Part shown: positions 13,160 to 25,061 of the stretch, one piece after another
Position numbering within the stretch: position 1 is the stretch's first letter
Layout: every line of letters starts with the position of its first letter
Assembly: GCF_006345805.1 (NCBI RefSeq)
Contig: NW_021832601.1
Coordinates: 105,061-169,060, forward strand
Origin: Octopus sinensis
Taxonomy: Eukaryota
Direction: 5' to 3'
DNA length: 64,000 nt
Translations under genes and position numbers: made by a program
Notes under the pieces: generated by a model
What the model was told of the DNA's origin: nothing
The model's input: the letters and a program-made list of their open reading frames with translations, nothing else
The model's database searches: none

Positions 13160-13830
13160 ATCTAATTAGTCAGCTACAAAATTGCTATAGTCTATTCGAG
13201 AACGATTTTATTTCTGAAATTACATATACTTGATTATTGACGGCCAATATTAAAATCTGTGTATCAGATTTGTGAAAAGCCTTTTTATTATCATTTCACC
13301 CCATGATAACTAATAGACTGAGTGATCACTACAAAAAAAACATTCAACTAAGTAATCACAGACTTGTATGAGATGATTCGTGTCTTGCGGGAGCGACGGT
13401 TCAGTACTGCCCTTATCATAGGGAATCGTAAGGTTCGTCTGTTTGACTGTTTTGAAGTATTCAGAGAAAATTTTCAATAAAGGCTTACAATAGAGTTAGA
13501 TCTCTGACGAATTTTTTCTGCTTGTCAATATTCAGATCATCTATGGTGGTTGATTAAAAGCAATAGTAGTGAGAAACCTTTTCCGTGCATTCAAATGAAT
13601 CTTATCAAAATTTTATTCATAGACAAGTCTATAGACGTTTCTATGGAGTTTTTGATTTCAAATGTTATTTCCTTGGGCCTAAATTTTTAAATCATTTAAC
13701 TTTTTGTGGTTGTGCATGTCTAGGCATTTAGCACCGCATAAAAATATATTTTATATTATGAATTGTTTAGTTTATACAATTGAAATATAATAATTAAAAA
13801 CATAATTGAGTAATTAATATCTATCTAGGT

Positions 13831-14369
13831 ATGCCTGTAATATTTTCTGTCATGATTGTTAATAAATACGGATCTCTACTCTATTTTTACGAAAAACCAC
13901 AAAAAAACGTACTTGACAACATATCTAACGATAAGAGAATTCAAAAAGAAAAAAATCAGGTTTAAACAACATTTATACAAAACAGAATCATGCAATAACA
14001 GCGGAGTCTAATGGTCAGATTTCGCAGGCTAAAAATATGAAACTCTCTGACAACGAAAGAATAATAATGGCAAGTACAATGCATTCACTTTTCCACATAA
14101 GTTGTCAATTGGCTGGTGAAAACGTGGGAAACGGAATACAAGTCATTGAGTCTCCAAATGTTCGAGTTCACTGCTACCAAACTACTACGAGTCTTAAATT
14201 TGTAGTCGTATCTCAGCCAATAACGTTTCGTATACAACAGCTCATGACCAAGTTGTACATGATCTACGTTGATTTTGCCTTAAAGGACCCTTTTTATATT
14301 CTTGACATGCCTATTACGTCTCAACTCTTTGAGTCTGCTGTCCACGCTGCACTGGATTTTTATTCATAA
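13831..14369 (+). CDS. TRAPPC4: TRAPP complex subunit 4 (Trs23/synbindin), copy 2
   Basis: IFSVMIVNKYGSLLY..LSDNERIIMASTMHSLF..HCYQTTTSLKFVVV..IYVDFALKDPFYILDMPI..LF matches TRAPPC4. Short introns in the 5' part. Confidence 0.9.
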
Positions 14370-14849
14370 TGAATTTGTAAAGAAATTAACTTTTTAATTG
14401 TTTCAAGATGTAAACTGATCTTTATGTTCTCCATATATTTATAATTTCAAATAAATAACTTTCATTTTGATAAGTTCTACACATTAGTATTTACGCATTT
14501 TAGGGTACTTTTTAGATTATAAAACAATGATTATTGCAACTAAAACTATATTCAATAGGAGATGTATTGCTTTTATTGTCATCGTCTTATAGTTGATCTT
14601 TTTACTGCCCTACATTGTTTTTCTGAAAATGTTTTAAATGAATACAGTTCAGATTAATACATATTCCGTGATATATATCTTTCTCAAGGTTGAACTTAAA
14701 AAAGTTTGTTTTGTTGCTAAAAAAACTTAACAAATAAAACTCGAAATTATCAGTTTATGAACAACTCTTGTAATTTACGTTTAAATTTGACGTGATATTA
14801 ATTTTTTAGATTTTTAATTAAAGAGCTAAAATTTGTAATAGTTAAAATA

Positions 14850-15259
14850 TCAATTCTGGAACCGACTGGCCTTTCCTTGAAGATGCCAAACGTCCAGACG
14901 GCTGTACACTTTTCGCTTTTGAATCCGGGAAGCAGCTCGTTTGGGACGTCACCTGTGCCGACTCTTTCGCCAAGGAAGCCTTGAATTCCACGGCTTGTCG
15001 TCTCGGTTCGTCGGCCAAGAAGGCCGAATTCGCGAAACTAACGAAATACGAGGATTTTTGCGATCGATTTTGCTTTTGGGCAATTGCCGTCGAAATTTCC
15101 TGTGTTTTTGGGGCCAAGACGCTTGCTCATTTTAAGAAACTTGGCAGTCTGTGTACCCATCGCTTCAGAGATCCCAGGGAATTTATATTCCTTATTCAGA
15201 GGATCTCGATGGCTGTTTTACGCGGGAATTGTCTTTCAATCCTGCGAGCCAGTACTTAA
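14850..15259 (+). mobile_element. 3' fragment of a CRE-like RLE non-LTR retrotransposon, copy 2
   Basis: LEPTGLSLEDAKRPDG..LVWDVTCADSF..AE..K..KY..AVE..RISMAVLRGN restriction-like endonuclease motifs. Confidence 0.85.
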
Positions 15260-15408
15260 TAGCTAGATTTTTTAATAATTCCATTAATAAAAAAAATTAT
15301 TGTTAAAATATTTTTATAATAATATTTCATTGAATTGAAACTGTCTAAATAGTTTGGATAATCGTAAAAGTCGTTTAATAATACACTATTATTAATATTT
15401 GAAATAAT

Positions 15409-17264
15409 ATGTTTGGCGTTGTAAATCATGGAGTATACAATGATGGCCAAAATGTGGTCGTCTACAGCGGACACTTTATGGTAAGCACATTTGTCAACTT
15501 CAATTTAAATACAACCAGTAATAGCTGATATTTTTATTTTGAGGTTTATCTTCCTTTCCCTATCATGTGCCCGACGTACCTCTTAACACTCTAATTGACT
15601 TTTTGTGGTGTAGTTATCGGTTTGTGTGTATTTTGCTTTCTATTCGAAGAGGCGTCTTGATTTCTTCAAAATGGAGAAATTTTACTGGTTATTCAATTCC
15701 AGGATGCCTTAAAATTCGACTTAATAATGCAATTTGGAGAGAATGGTGCCGACAGAGTTATATTTAAATGTTTCTTTATTTCTTTAGATTACTACAATAA
15801 AAAGCCGCTGGTATGTAAATTTAATGACAAGTTAAATGACATCCATCATGGAAAAAATGTTAATCTAAAACAATCATCTTAGAGCATTATTTTTGAGCAA
15901 AACTTTCTTAATATGAAACCAACTCTGTTTCGCAAAGAATATAACAAACTGAGAAAGTATTTCTGTGAACGAATTAACGTTCAAATTTCATGTAACGAGA
16001 GCAATCAATTCGTTAGAATATAAATTCCTTAATTATTTGATAGGACGAGCAATCACAATTGACAGAAACTAAAACACCAACTATCTACGAAGATATTAAC
16101 CTACCTCTATGTGACGAAATTGACGGGATACAGAAACCAAATTATTTTTTTCCGAGAACATCATTCGACGACACTGATTTTTTTTCAAAACAACCTCATT
16201 ATTTTGGAAATTACAAGGCTGTCGAGTCTGACACAAAATACAAAAACACGCCGCAAAGAGATTTTACTAATCTTTGGAATCATCCAAATTGTTCATCTTC
16301 AAAAATATCACAAAATCAACAAGATTTTTCGAGAAATCATTTTGTGCCAAACTATAGTTACGGGTAAATAAATTAATGCCAATTGGGCGTGCCTAACCAC
16401 ATAAATTATAAATTATAATTAACATTTAGAAATCATGTCATTGGACAACAAGAGTATAATTACCCTGGCTATCCAATGTTGTTTACTAAGGTTTCTTATT
16501 TTAGTAATTTTTAGCCATCGGTTTCTTGTTTTTCAGAGGAAGATCAACGAAAAAGGAAAAGACATATTATTCATTTAAAATCTGAAAAACACAGACGTAA
16601 TGAAATTAAAGTCTATTAATCTGAAAAGATTTTATAGAATTGGATTCATACACTTTACCTGTGTATCAAAGACTCAAAAATAAATTCAAGTACCTGCAAA
16701 CAGAGCTATGCAAATATACTACGAGAAGGTACAGTCGACTATTTATCTGTTTAGCGTCAGACTTGTTAACCTGTAACCAGAATGAAATTTTAAAAAACGA
16801 AGCAAAACTAGAAGTAATTAAATCAGAAATCGAATCAAAAACTGAAAAAACGAGGTAATGATATAAATTTAAATACAAGATATCTGCAAGAATTGATTCC
16901 CGATGAATCTATTTCAAATACTGACATTGTGAAAAGAGAATATTCTGAATATTTAAAATATATTTATGACCGTTCATTAATTAATCAAAAATATGCATTA
17001 TTTGGACTAATTATGGAGAAAATGTTCAAGTCATTCATAGGTCAGAAAATGACTAATAATTCGAAAATAAATGATATAGAATCCTGGTTAAACGATAACG
17101 TCTCCCTCCAAATGTCTAGAGAAGGTATTTAATTGTCATATTTGATAGATTCAATGCGCGTATTGCGAACATTTTCCAAAGATACCTCTATAATCAAAGA
17201 TCCCTCTTTGCTTGGCAGCGAATCTATTCAAATTGTAAAAAATCTTATTGAGAAACACAAGTGA
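15409..17264 (+). CDS. MLXIP: MondoA/ChREBP-family bHLH-ZIP transcription factor, multi-exon, copy 2
   Basis: VYSGHFMVS (MCR1), LISSKWRNFTG..KIRLNNAIWREW (MCR2/3), KEYNKLRKYF, basic region IHLKSEKHRRNEIK, WMC/DCD region KYALFGLIMEKMFKSF..SWLNDNVSL..TSIIKDPSLL. The MLXIP versus MLXIPL distinction is not resolvable. Confidence 0.88.
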
Positions 17265-17419
17265 TTCAAAATAATCATATATTCTTACTTTATTATTTTA
17301 ATCACAATGTAAATAAAAATTTATTCATTTTGAGGTTTTAGAAAAATCAAACATGTTTATTAGCCAGGATAATCAATTACATTTTTTTAAACCATAATAG
17401 TTATTTGATCTTAGAAAAA

Positions 17420-17590
17420 CGCGCTTGTGTACTTTTGCTGATCTGGAACTACTGGTTTCAAAATAATATTTAATCAGAAGGTTTCCAACCTCGACTGACA
17501 GGTCCAAATGGTTCGAGCATTAAAAGAAATCCGGACGCAACTATTGCTCTCTTCACAATTTGTTACGAATTCCTTCAAAAATGTATATAT
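17420..17590 (-). mobile_element. Highly degenerate CRE-like fragment (duplicate near 39023-39190)
   Basis: IVKRAIVASGFLLMLEPFG.. resembles VVKHALEAAGFPCQLEPPG of the 25062 element. Confidence 0.45.
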
Positions 17591-17706
17591 CACTTTTTGA
17601 TTAAAAAAATTTAGAAATTCATTAAGTGTAATAAAACATTAAATAACCATATAATTGAATAAACCAATACAACTATGCGAAAATTATTATAAGAAACAGA
17701 ACAAGA

Positions 17707-20116
17707 TCATTTATTATTTATTCCAGCTATCTTGGACTGTGTCTCAAATACCAATAACCTCCACAATTTAATCACAAAAACTTCTGCCTCGTTATCAAAA
17801 ATCTATTAAATATCTCACAAAAAAAGCACCGTCCAAATATCTTTAACCAAACTTGTCGGAGATGTCTGAGATAAAAGCTTTTCACATATAAAGTCGTTCA
17901 AACTTGGTTCTTCCTCTCCGATATACTCAATAATCTTCTTATTTACCCAACTACGAATGCGAGTATCGACAAGATTCTTGGAAAATTAAAACTTTAAAAT
18001 ACCTGATCGACCACTGTCCAGTCAATTTCGACAGAAAACAATGATTCAGAATCAGTAGGTATCTTGTCAATAATTTGCCGAATCATCCTCTTCTTCTCCT
18101 CAGCAGAAATGTATTTGAAATGATCAGTCATATCCAATTTTGGTTTCACGACTTCTGGTTTTACTTCGGGGACTTCCTCCTCCTCTTCTTCGTCCTCTTC
18201 AAACACTTGAAATGTTGAAAGGACCGGAGTTGTCTTTGCATCCGACGGAACTTCAAAGCACGTGGCAACTGGGGCCGTCGTTGTCGTTTGCGCATCTTAA
18301 ATCACAAAAAATTAAATCCACTTAGTTTTAGAGCCGTAAAACCAATTTGTTTATCTTCAATAACTTCGGAAACTTCAGTAAATTGGACAATGTCCTCTTC
18401 CTCGTTGTTAGTTAGATCAACAGTTTCGCCAGGCTCTTCGTCTTCAGTTGTAGAAATGATTTCCTCTTCCACTTCTTTGTCTGTCAAATGTTTAAAAGCT
18501 CTCTTCTCGATCTTAAAATGTAGATCATTGGGGAAAACCTGTACTAAACGTTCTTCGACATGTTTTCCTCCTCGTTCAACCACACTTCTCCTCATATCTT
18601 CCACTTCAGCTAATTCCCTTTCTCTATCTCTCTTATCCCACTCAATCTCACGATCACGTGCATGTATTAGTCTTGCCAATTGACTTCCTCTGAAAATAGT
18701 CACAATACATATCCAACTTGTAATATTTTCCGTCGTCTCGATCGTCATTGTAAGACATTAGAAAGTCATATTTATGCTTGGTATCTTTCATCTATAAACG
18801 GAATGTTATGGCTAGAATACATTCGACTTATTCCTCTCTTCTATCCGCTCAGCCTCCTTTTCAAATTCTTTCTTCTTCTTCCGTTCTCTTGATTCCCAAT
18901 TCCGCAAACACTATCAGGATTGACCGGGTAAATATATACATTAATATACGAGTTTTCCTTTTCCTGGGCTTCCCTGTCCAACCGAGTTTGTTCTTCCTCA
19001 TCCTCAAGCTCACTGTTCGTAGTAATAAAAACAAAAAACCTTGAATTCCTTGACCTTTTAGACGCAGAACTCAATCCACAGTCATTGTCCTCCTAAATGG
19101 AAATATACAACAATTGTTAACGAGATGCTTGTCCAGGGAACACACGTCCTTTGCTTCCCTTGCGTCCTAGTAGTTTACAGTAGTTTGTCTACCTTTCTCA
19201 TATTTTTAATAGCGATTGGATCTCCTGCAAGTACACCAGCATATTCTACGAGGAGTGCGTCAAACTCTGCCTTCACGGCAGCCATTTCTGCATTCATTGG
19301 AGGCTTCGACTCAACTTTGGGAATGGGGACTCCGGGCATTTTGTGCCTCATGTAATCTTCCAAATGATTCCGACTTTTAGAATTCACTTTGACCTTAAAT
19401 GAGTATATCTAGACTACCAAAAGGGGTTTCCCCGCAATGACATATCCATTAAGAAGTCTGAGAGAACAAAGAGTAGACTCCGGGTGCTTGTAGTCACAAA
19501 ATGCAAAAGCTATTCAAAAATTTAGCACTAAACTCAATTACCTTGTAATTTACCAGCACTGGTATAAGTTCTCTTCCAATTAAGCACATTCCCACATTTC
19601 TAAAAATAAGATGAGTCAGCCAACCTCGGCCAATTGCCTAATAAGAGTATCTGGACAACATTCTGGAATGTTCCCAATAAAGACAGTAGTTGTAGTATAC
19701 GGAATTTCCTTGAATATGAAATAATGAAAACTACCTTTGGAACGGCGTACTGCATTGGTTGAGACATGACAACGCCGAAATTAGGAGAAGGAGTCATAAT
19801 TGGAGTTTGAACAACTGAAGGCTGAACTGGAGTAGGTATAAACGGTACTTGCATTGGCTACAATATAAACAATAGATCCCAACGTTTACTGGGGCAGGGA
19901 CTCCGTAGGGAAGGAAACCTAACAAATTGTTAGCCAACATTAGAAATTATAATCTATAAGTTATCTAAATATGAAAATCTAATGAAACCTGAAGATTAAA
20001 AGCTAAAATTCTACAAATTTATAATTCCTGATAGTTTATAATTATTATTAAGAATTACCGGTATTGTATGAAGATGTCATTTGAGGTACACACGGAATAC
20101 GATTAGGAAACGACAT
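17707..20116 (-). CDS. RBM25: RNA-binding protein 25 (Pro-rich N-terminus, RE-rich region, PWI domain), copy 2
   Basis: Starts MSFP. C-terminal EEKKRMIRQIIDKIPT..LFSVEIDW..IRSWVNKKIIEYIGEEEPSLNDFICEK..EAEVFVIKLWRLLVFET is the RBM25 PWI domain. Confidence 0.92.
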
Positions 20117-20504
20117 AACAATCACAAGAACAATACACAACACGATATTAATTTAAATTAATATTACTTTACAAAATTAATAATTTATTTATATTTTACT
20201 TATACGTATGATAGTAGTATAATAAAATTTTTAGTTACATTTTTGGAATCAAATATTTTTTTTAATAAATTAACAAGCACGTCGCAAATCCAGAGGCCCA
20301 TAGATGTCAGCCACACAAAAATTCAAAAGCAAGAAAGAGAACAAGCAAGCTAATCATTTTAATCAATTCTGAATTGAGACGTGAATAAGTGTGCAGCTGG
20401 TGAAAAATTTAAATTAAAATAAAATTAAAATTAATTCAATTTGATTTAATTTAAATGTTCTAAATTTATATGTTTTAAATTTAAATATACAAAATAAAAT
20501 TCAG

Positions 20505-20839
20505 ATGGTTAAAATCGAATTATATGGGTTGGTCATTATGTAAATATTTCATTAATTAGATCAGAAGAATGCGGAATTTTATTAGAGTTACAGGGTCAAG
20601 TCAAATTTGAGGATAAATGTAATTGTTATTTTTTTCTAGACAAAAATGTAAGTAATTTTTCTTCACTTTTAAAGGGTGTTCCTTACCTTGTAATGGGTCG
20701 TAAAATTTTAGTTGGACAAGCCAGTGAAGACGATATTAACATGGCTTTAATTTCTTGTGATTCCGGAAAAACACATTTTGTCGTAAAAAAGAAATTTATA
20801 TTCAAGGATAAACCAATACAAATACTAAAAAATAAGTGA
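20505..20839 (+). CDS. CHTF8: Chromosome transmission fidelity factor 8, 3 exons, copy 2
   Basis: Spliced product MVKIELYGSEECGILLELQGQV..GVPYLVMGRKILVG..KKKFIFKDKPIQI matches Ctf8 (LMELQG..GIPVLIVGHHILYG..KILFKTRP). Confidence 0.75.
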
Positions 20840-21049
20840 TCTATTAAATTTTGCTCTATTTTGTATTTTTTTTGGTGTAAAATTTCGTAGAAATAGTTTA
20901 TGTACCTAGGATGTTTTCATTGAGGATCGTGTGATATTAACGGATCAATGATTTAGAAAAATTTTAAACATTATTATGCTTTTCCTACTATTAGGGACAT
21001 TCTTATTCATTAGACTGTTTGTGATTCGGCGTGAATATGTGACCTAGTT

Positions 21050-21502
21050 ACGCCCCTGGGCTGTCCTTCTGTTTAGTAAATTGCACATCTGCCGAAAATA
21101 TGGGATAAAGCAGTCTAGGAAGTTAAAGATCCACTGCTTCAGTAGACTGTCTCTAATAAGATGGTCGAAATACGGGTGGACACGACGATAAAGACGGATA
21201 CTAAAGTCAATAATAATAAACCGGACATTTTTGTCTAAGACATCATTATGCTGATCAAAGTTGGGATTACTTCTCAACAATCTTTGAAGCATGTGGAAGT
21301 TGAGAAATTACATAAATACGACCTTTTGGGAAGCGAATTGAGGTTAATTCACAATGCAAATGTGAATTTCGTACCGTTGGTTCTCACATGGGATGGAATA
21401 ACATCCAAATTTTACAAGCAATACCAAAACTCTCTACAAGTCCATGACTCAACGCGTGCACATGTTCAGACAATCGTGATCAAAAAAACACTGGAGAGCA
21501 TG
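21050..21502 (+). mobile_element. Decayed RLE-endonuclease non-LTR retrotransposon fragment (same family as 50180-50963), copy 2
   Basis: HICRKYGIK..VEIRVDTTIKTD..NKPDIFV*..GITSQ..VEVEKLHKYDLLGSEL..VPLVLTWDG..KKTLESM. Joins the hisS remnant immediately after ESM. Confidence 0.85.
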
Positions 21503-22276
21503 CGCCCTGAGTACAAACTCTTACCTACAACGGCAAAACATGCAATCTGTTCGGATAGTCTTCCAGGGCTTTCGAGTGATGTTCTTATTTCCGGACGACA
21601 AACATCGATTATCAACAGGTATTAGAATATGACTACATCAAACCAGGTCGTTTTATATATCTTTAAAGAGCAAGCACTCCTCCTCGAAACTCCTACCATT
21701 CTCGACGAATTCTATGATGAGAGCCGCACACATTTTTATGGCCTTTGCCACCTCTTGAAGAAACAAAACATCCCCTTTAAGATCGAATCCAAACTCTTTC
21801 GCGGTCTTGACTGTTACAAACAAACCGTTTTGAAATCAGATCTGATGTTCTTGGTGCACAAAATACCATTGGTGCGGGAGGACGTTACAATGGGATTACA
21901 GTTATGCTCGGCGGCCCAGATTTTCCTAGTATTGAATATTCCACTGGTATCGAACTAATCTTACAAACAATAAATAGGCAAAATGCATTCCTTTTCGTCT
22001 GTCTCATTCCTTTTATAAAAAAAAGTTAAATCTGTATGTATTAAAGCACTGTATGAACTCCGACATGGAAAAAAACAGCTCAACTTACCTCTGCAAAAAA
22101 TATAAAAAGTCCCTCAAGCTGCTAGTGATCTGGGAACTACTTTTTCTCTCATCCTTGTAGATGAAGAGCATTCAAAAAGACTTGTCCAAGTTAAAAATAT
22201 GAAAACTCGAGACTCAATTGAAATTCAATTAGAAGAGCTCACTTCTGTCCTCTTAAAAAATAGGAATAACAAATGA
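21503..22276 (+). pseudogene. hisS: Bacterial (chlamydial-type) histidyl-tRNA synthetase, 3' two-thirds, copy 2
   Basis: ETPTILDEF..IPFKIESKLFRGLDCYK..TVFE..DVLGAQNTIGAGGRYNG..LGGPDFPSI..TGIE.ILQTI..VQVKNMKTRDS..KNRNNK* matches bacterial HisRS (LVRGLDYY, GGGRYDGL, anticodon domain VKNM). Frameshifted. Confidence 0.92.
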
Positions 22277-22317
22277 CCTTTGACTATAGAAGAACCACCT
22301 CTCTCACGTACTTAATA
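22273..22317 (+). pseudogene. aspS: aspS start codon and first codons, copy 2 (left of the Tc1 insertion)
   Basis: ATG ACC TTT GAC TAT AGA AGA ACC (MTFDYRRT-H) fits the AspRS N-terminal YRTH motif. ATG 22273-75 overlaps the hisS TGA at 22274-76. Confidence 0.8.
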
Positions 22318-22485
22318 CAGCGATACAAATAAAAAACGGAACACTCATTTTCTCGATTTTTTTTATTAAATGACTAGCTCGGCAGCTCGCTTCGCTCACC
22401 GCGACCTAGCTCCTGCGGAGGGCCTGTTTCATCAAACAACTATAAGTTTATGTATATGTATAAAACTACCTGGTTTAATGTAACC

Positions 22486-22917
22486 CTATTCTATCGCCTG
22501 TTGATAAACGATGTTTGTCGTCCGTCCTTCCGTGGCATATATGAATAAATTTTCTCTTCTGCCTACCCTCGAGCATCCCACATACAGCTGTCCATGTGAA
22601 AAGCACTCACTCTCTAAAAATAACCCAACTACCTTTAATGACTGTCCCTGGGCCTTGTTTATTGTCATTGCAAAACTCATCCTCAAAGGAAATTGCAGCC
22701 TTTTAAATCTAAATGGTAATTCATCAGAAATTATCGGAATTCGTGGAATATAAACATCCTCACCTCTATACTTACCTGTTAATATCGTCGCCTCTATTAC
22801 GTTAGGCATCAAATTTTTGAGAACTAACCCCGTTCCGTTGCATAATTTAGGTGGCGCAAGATTTCGTAATAAAACCACTGGAACGCCTATCTTTAACTTT
22901 AAAAGATGATTCGGCAT
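22486..22917 (-). pseudogene. Helitron PIF1-like helicase C-terminal remnant
   Basis: [62 protein letters not shown]. Confidence 0.92.
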
Positions 22918-23274
22918 TCCAGAGGGATCTAAGGAGTTTAAAAATTCAATCCGGTTGAATTTTTAGAAAATAACAAAAAAATAAAGAAAAACAAATAAAA
23001 ATAAATAATTTAAAAACAAAAAAATAAAAAAAACTTTAAAAATTTGTAAAATAGTATAAACAAAAAAAATCTCTGCCGCCACGGCAACAACCAGTCTAAT
23101 TTTTTAACAGCCAATTAAGATAATGTTTAAGAGCCTTTATAGTACGGAGATTTAGCTTAGTGACCTTGATTAGACAAACCACTGGCGGAAATGGGGCAGC
23201 CGGAGATGCGGCAGGCAGAGTAGCAGCAGCCAAAAAAGCGACACACAAAAAAGATTTAATTAATTACCTTAAGC

Positions 23275-24833
23275 CAGAGGTTTCCAAATGGGGAGGCGCG
23301 CCTCCCTAGGGAGGCGTTGACTCGTGTCAAGGGAGGCGCGAAAAGTATTTCAGAAACATTTTTTAGAAAATTATATCTATGTAAAAAACGTGACTATATT
23401 CCGATAATAAGAGTTATTAATTTAAAAATTATATTTTTTCAAAAATTTATTTAATTTATTAGACAATTAAATAATTTTAACACATGAATAAATTCTTGAG
23501 TGGTTGCAAAAGAAAATTCACGAATAATAAAGATTTTGACGATGGTTCAAAAAATCAAAATGATTGGAATATAATCAATACCACTCCAAAGACAAGAAAA
23601 TACTTTCCATCTTACTTATTGTTAGGATTCACACGTATCTTTGTTGATTCTATGGAAAAACCCCTCTGTTTGCTTTGCCTCAAAACACTTGCAGCAGATA
23701 GTATGAGGCCATGCAAATTAAGAAGACATTTTGAAACGATGCATTCTGAACATGTCCATAAGTCTGAAGAATTTTTTAAAAGAAAATTAGAAGAGTTTGA
23801 TAACCAAACGAAATCGTTAAAAAAACTTGTTTCTGTCTCTTCAAATGCTTTACTAGCATCGTACAAAGTTTCTTACAGGATTGCAAAATGCAAGAAACCG
23901 CACAATATCGGAGAAACTCTAGTTTTGCCAGCAGCTATCGATATGGTTGAAGCAATGTTTGGCGAATCCTATGCAAAACAATTACAGCAAATACCGCTTG
24001 CTGATAACACAGTCGCTAGAAGAATTGATGACATATCTGAAGATCTTTGTGATCAGTTGGTTTCTCGACTACGTAACTGTAAATTTGCTATACAAGTTGA
24101 TGAGGGAGCTGACATAAATAAAAATGCACATTTAATTGCATATGTCAGATATGCTGAAGAAAGTACAATAATAGAAGATCTATTATTCTGCAAACCATTT
24201 CCTGGAAGGAGCACGGCCAATGAAATTTTTAATATAATTGATACTTTTTTTGAAGAAAATAACATAGAATGGATCAATTGTGTTGGACTTTGTACAGACG
24301 GAGCACAGTCAATGTCAGGAAATAAATCTGGTCTTCAAGCTCTTGTAAAAAACAGAGCACCAGAAATTATCCGGACGCACTGCATGCTGCACAGATCAGC
24401 ACTTGTCTCAAAGAATATGAGTCCAGAACTGAACGATATTTTTGCGCAAATTACAAAAGTTATAAACTACATAAAACACAGTCGAAATTTGAACGGAATA
24501 TGAAATTTTGTCGAATAAAGCAATGAAAGTTTTGTTGCCATTTGCTACTTCATATTTATGCGAAACTGGATTTTCTGCACTAGCTGCAATTAAATCTAAA
24601 TATCGAACTCGTTTAGTAGTGACTAATGAGCTAAGAGTAGCACTCTCTGCGATGACACCAAGATTTGAAAAACTTTGCGCCAAGATGGAAAAAAAATTAT
24701 CTCATTAACTTTTTGTTTTAAAAAATTGTTTTTGATAAAATAATAATTGTATTATATTATGGAATATAAAGGGAGGCGCAAGATTGTACTTTTTCTCTAA
24801 GGGAGGCGCGTAAAAAAAGCTTGGAAACCTCTG
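23275..24833 (+). mobile_element. hAT (Buster/ZBED5-like) element, internally deleted transposase, nested in the Helitron
   Basis: TIRs CAGAGGTTTCCAA / TTGGAAACCTCTG, TSD CCTTAAGC at 23267-74 and 24834-41. ORF 23484-24503 has a BED finger, DE catalytic motif, CTDGA and HCMLHR. C-terminal FATSYLCETGFS..KYRTRL. Confidence 0.95.
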
Positions 24834-25061
24834 CCTTAAGCTGACCGTTTTTTCTTCAGCTTCGTTTTTCCTCCTTCGGTTATCTATTTAAAAAATTATT
24901 TTTCAATAATAAAAAAGTTTAGGAAAAGAGGCATACCGAAAATAAATTCTATCTTTACGAAAAACTTAACTAAATAGTTAATATTTTTACGCAAATTCTT
25001 CTGATTGCGCTGTCAATTGGTGGTAAATTGTGTTAATGATTGTGCTAATGTGGTTTTAACT

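Larger units (their letters stand above)
12206..22317. repeat. Segmental duplication block (TRAPPC4-MLXIP-RBM25-CHTF8-hisS), paired with 33796-43858
   Basis: Co-linear near-identity at an offset of about 21602. Confidence 0.95.

Noticed and set aside
13170-13740. Possible small minus-strand multi-exon gene divergent from TRAPPC4
   Set aside because: Intron-like GT-AG segments exist, but I could not assemble a stop-free frame or recognise a family.
18288-19355. Several plus-strand Ser/Leu-rich ORFs (and duplicates at 39891-40958)
   Set aside because: Antisense shadows of the Glu/Arg-rich RBM25 exons.
21044-21292. Minus-strand 82-aa ORF (and others opposite transposases, e.g. 23612-24683, 25600-26259, 29521-30570)
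   Set aside because: Antisense to recognised retroelement or transposase frames.
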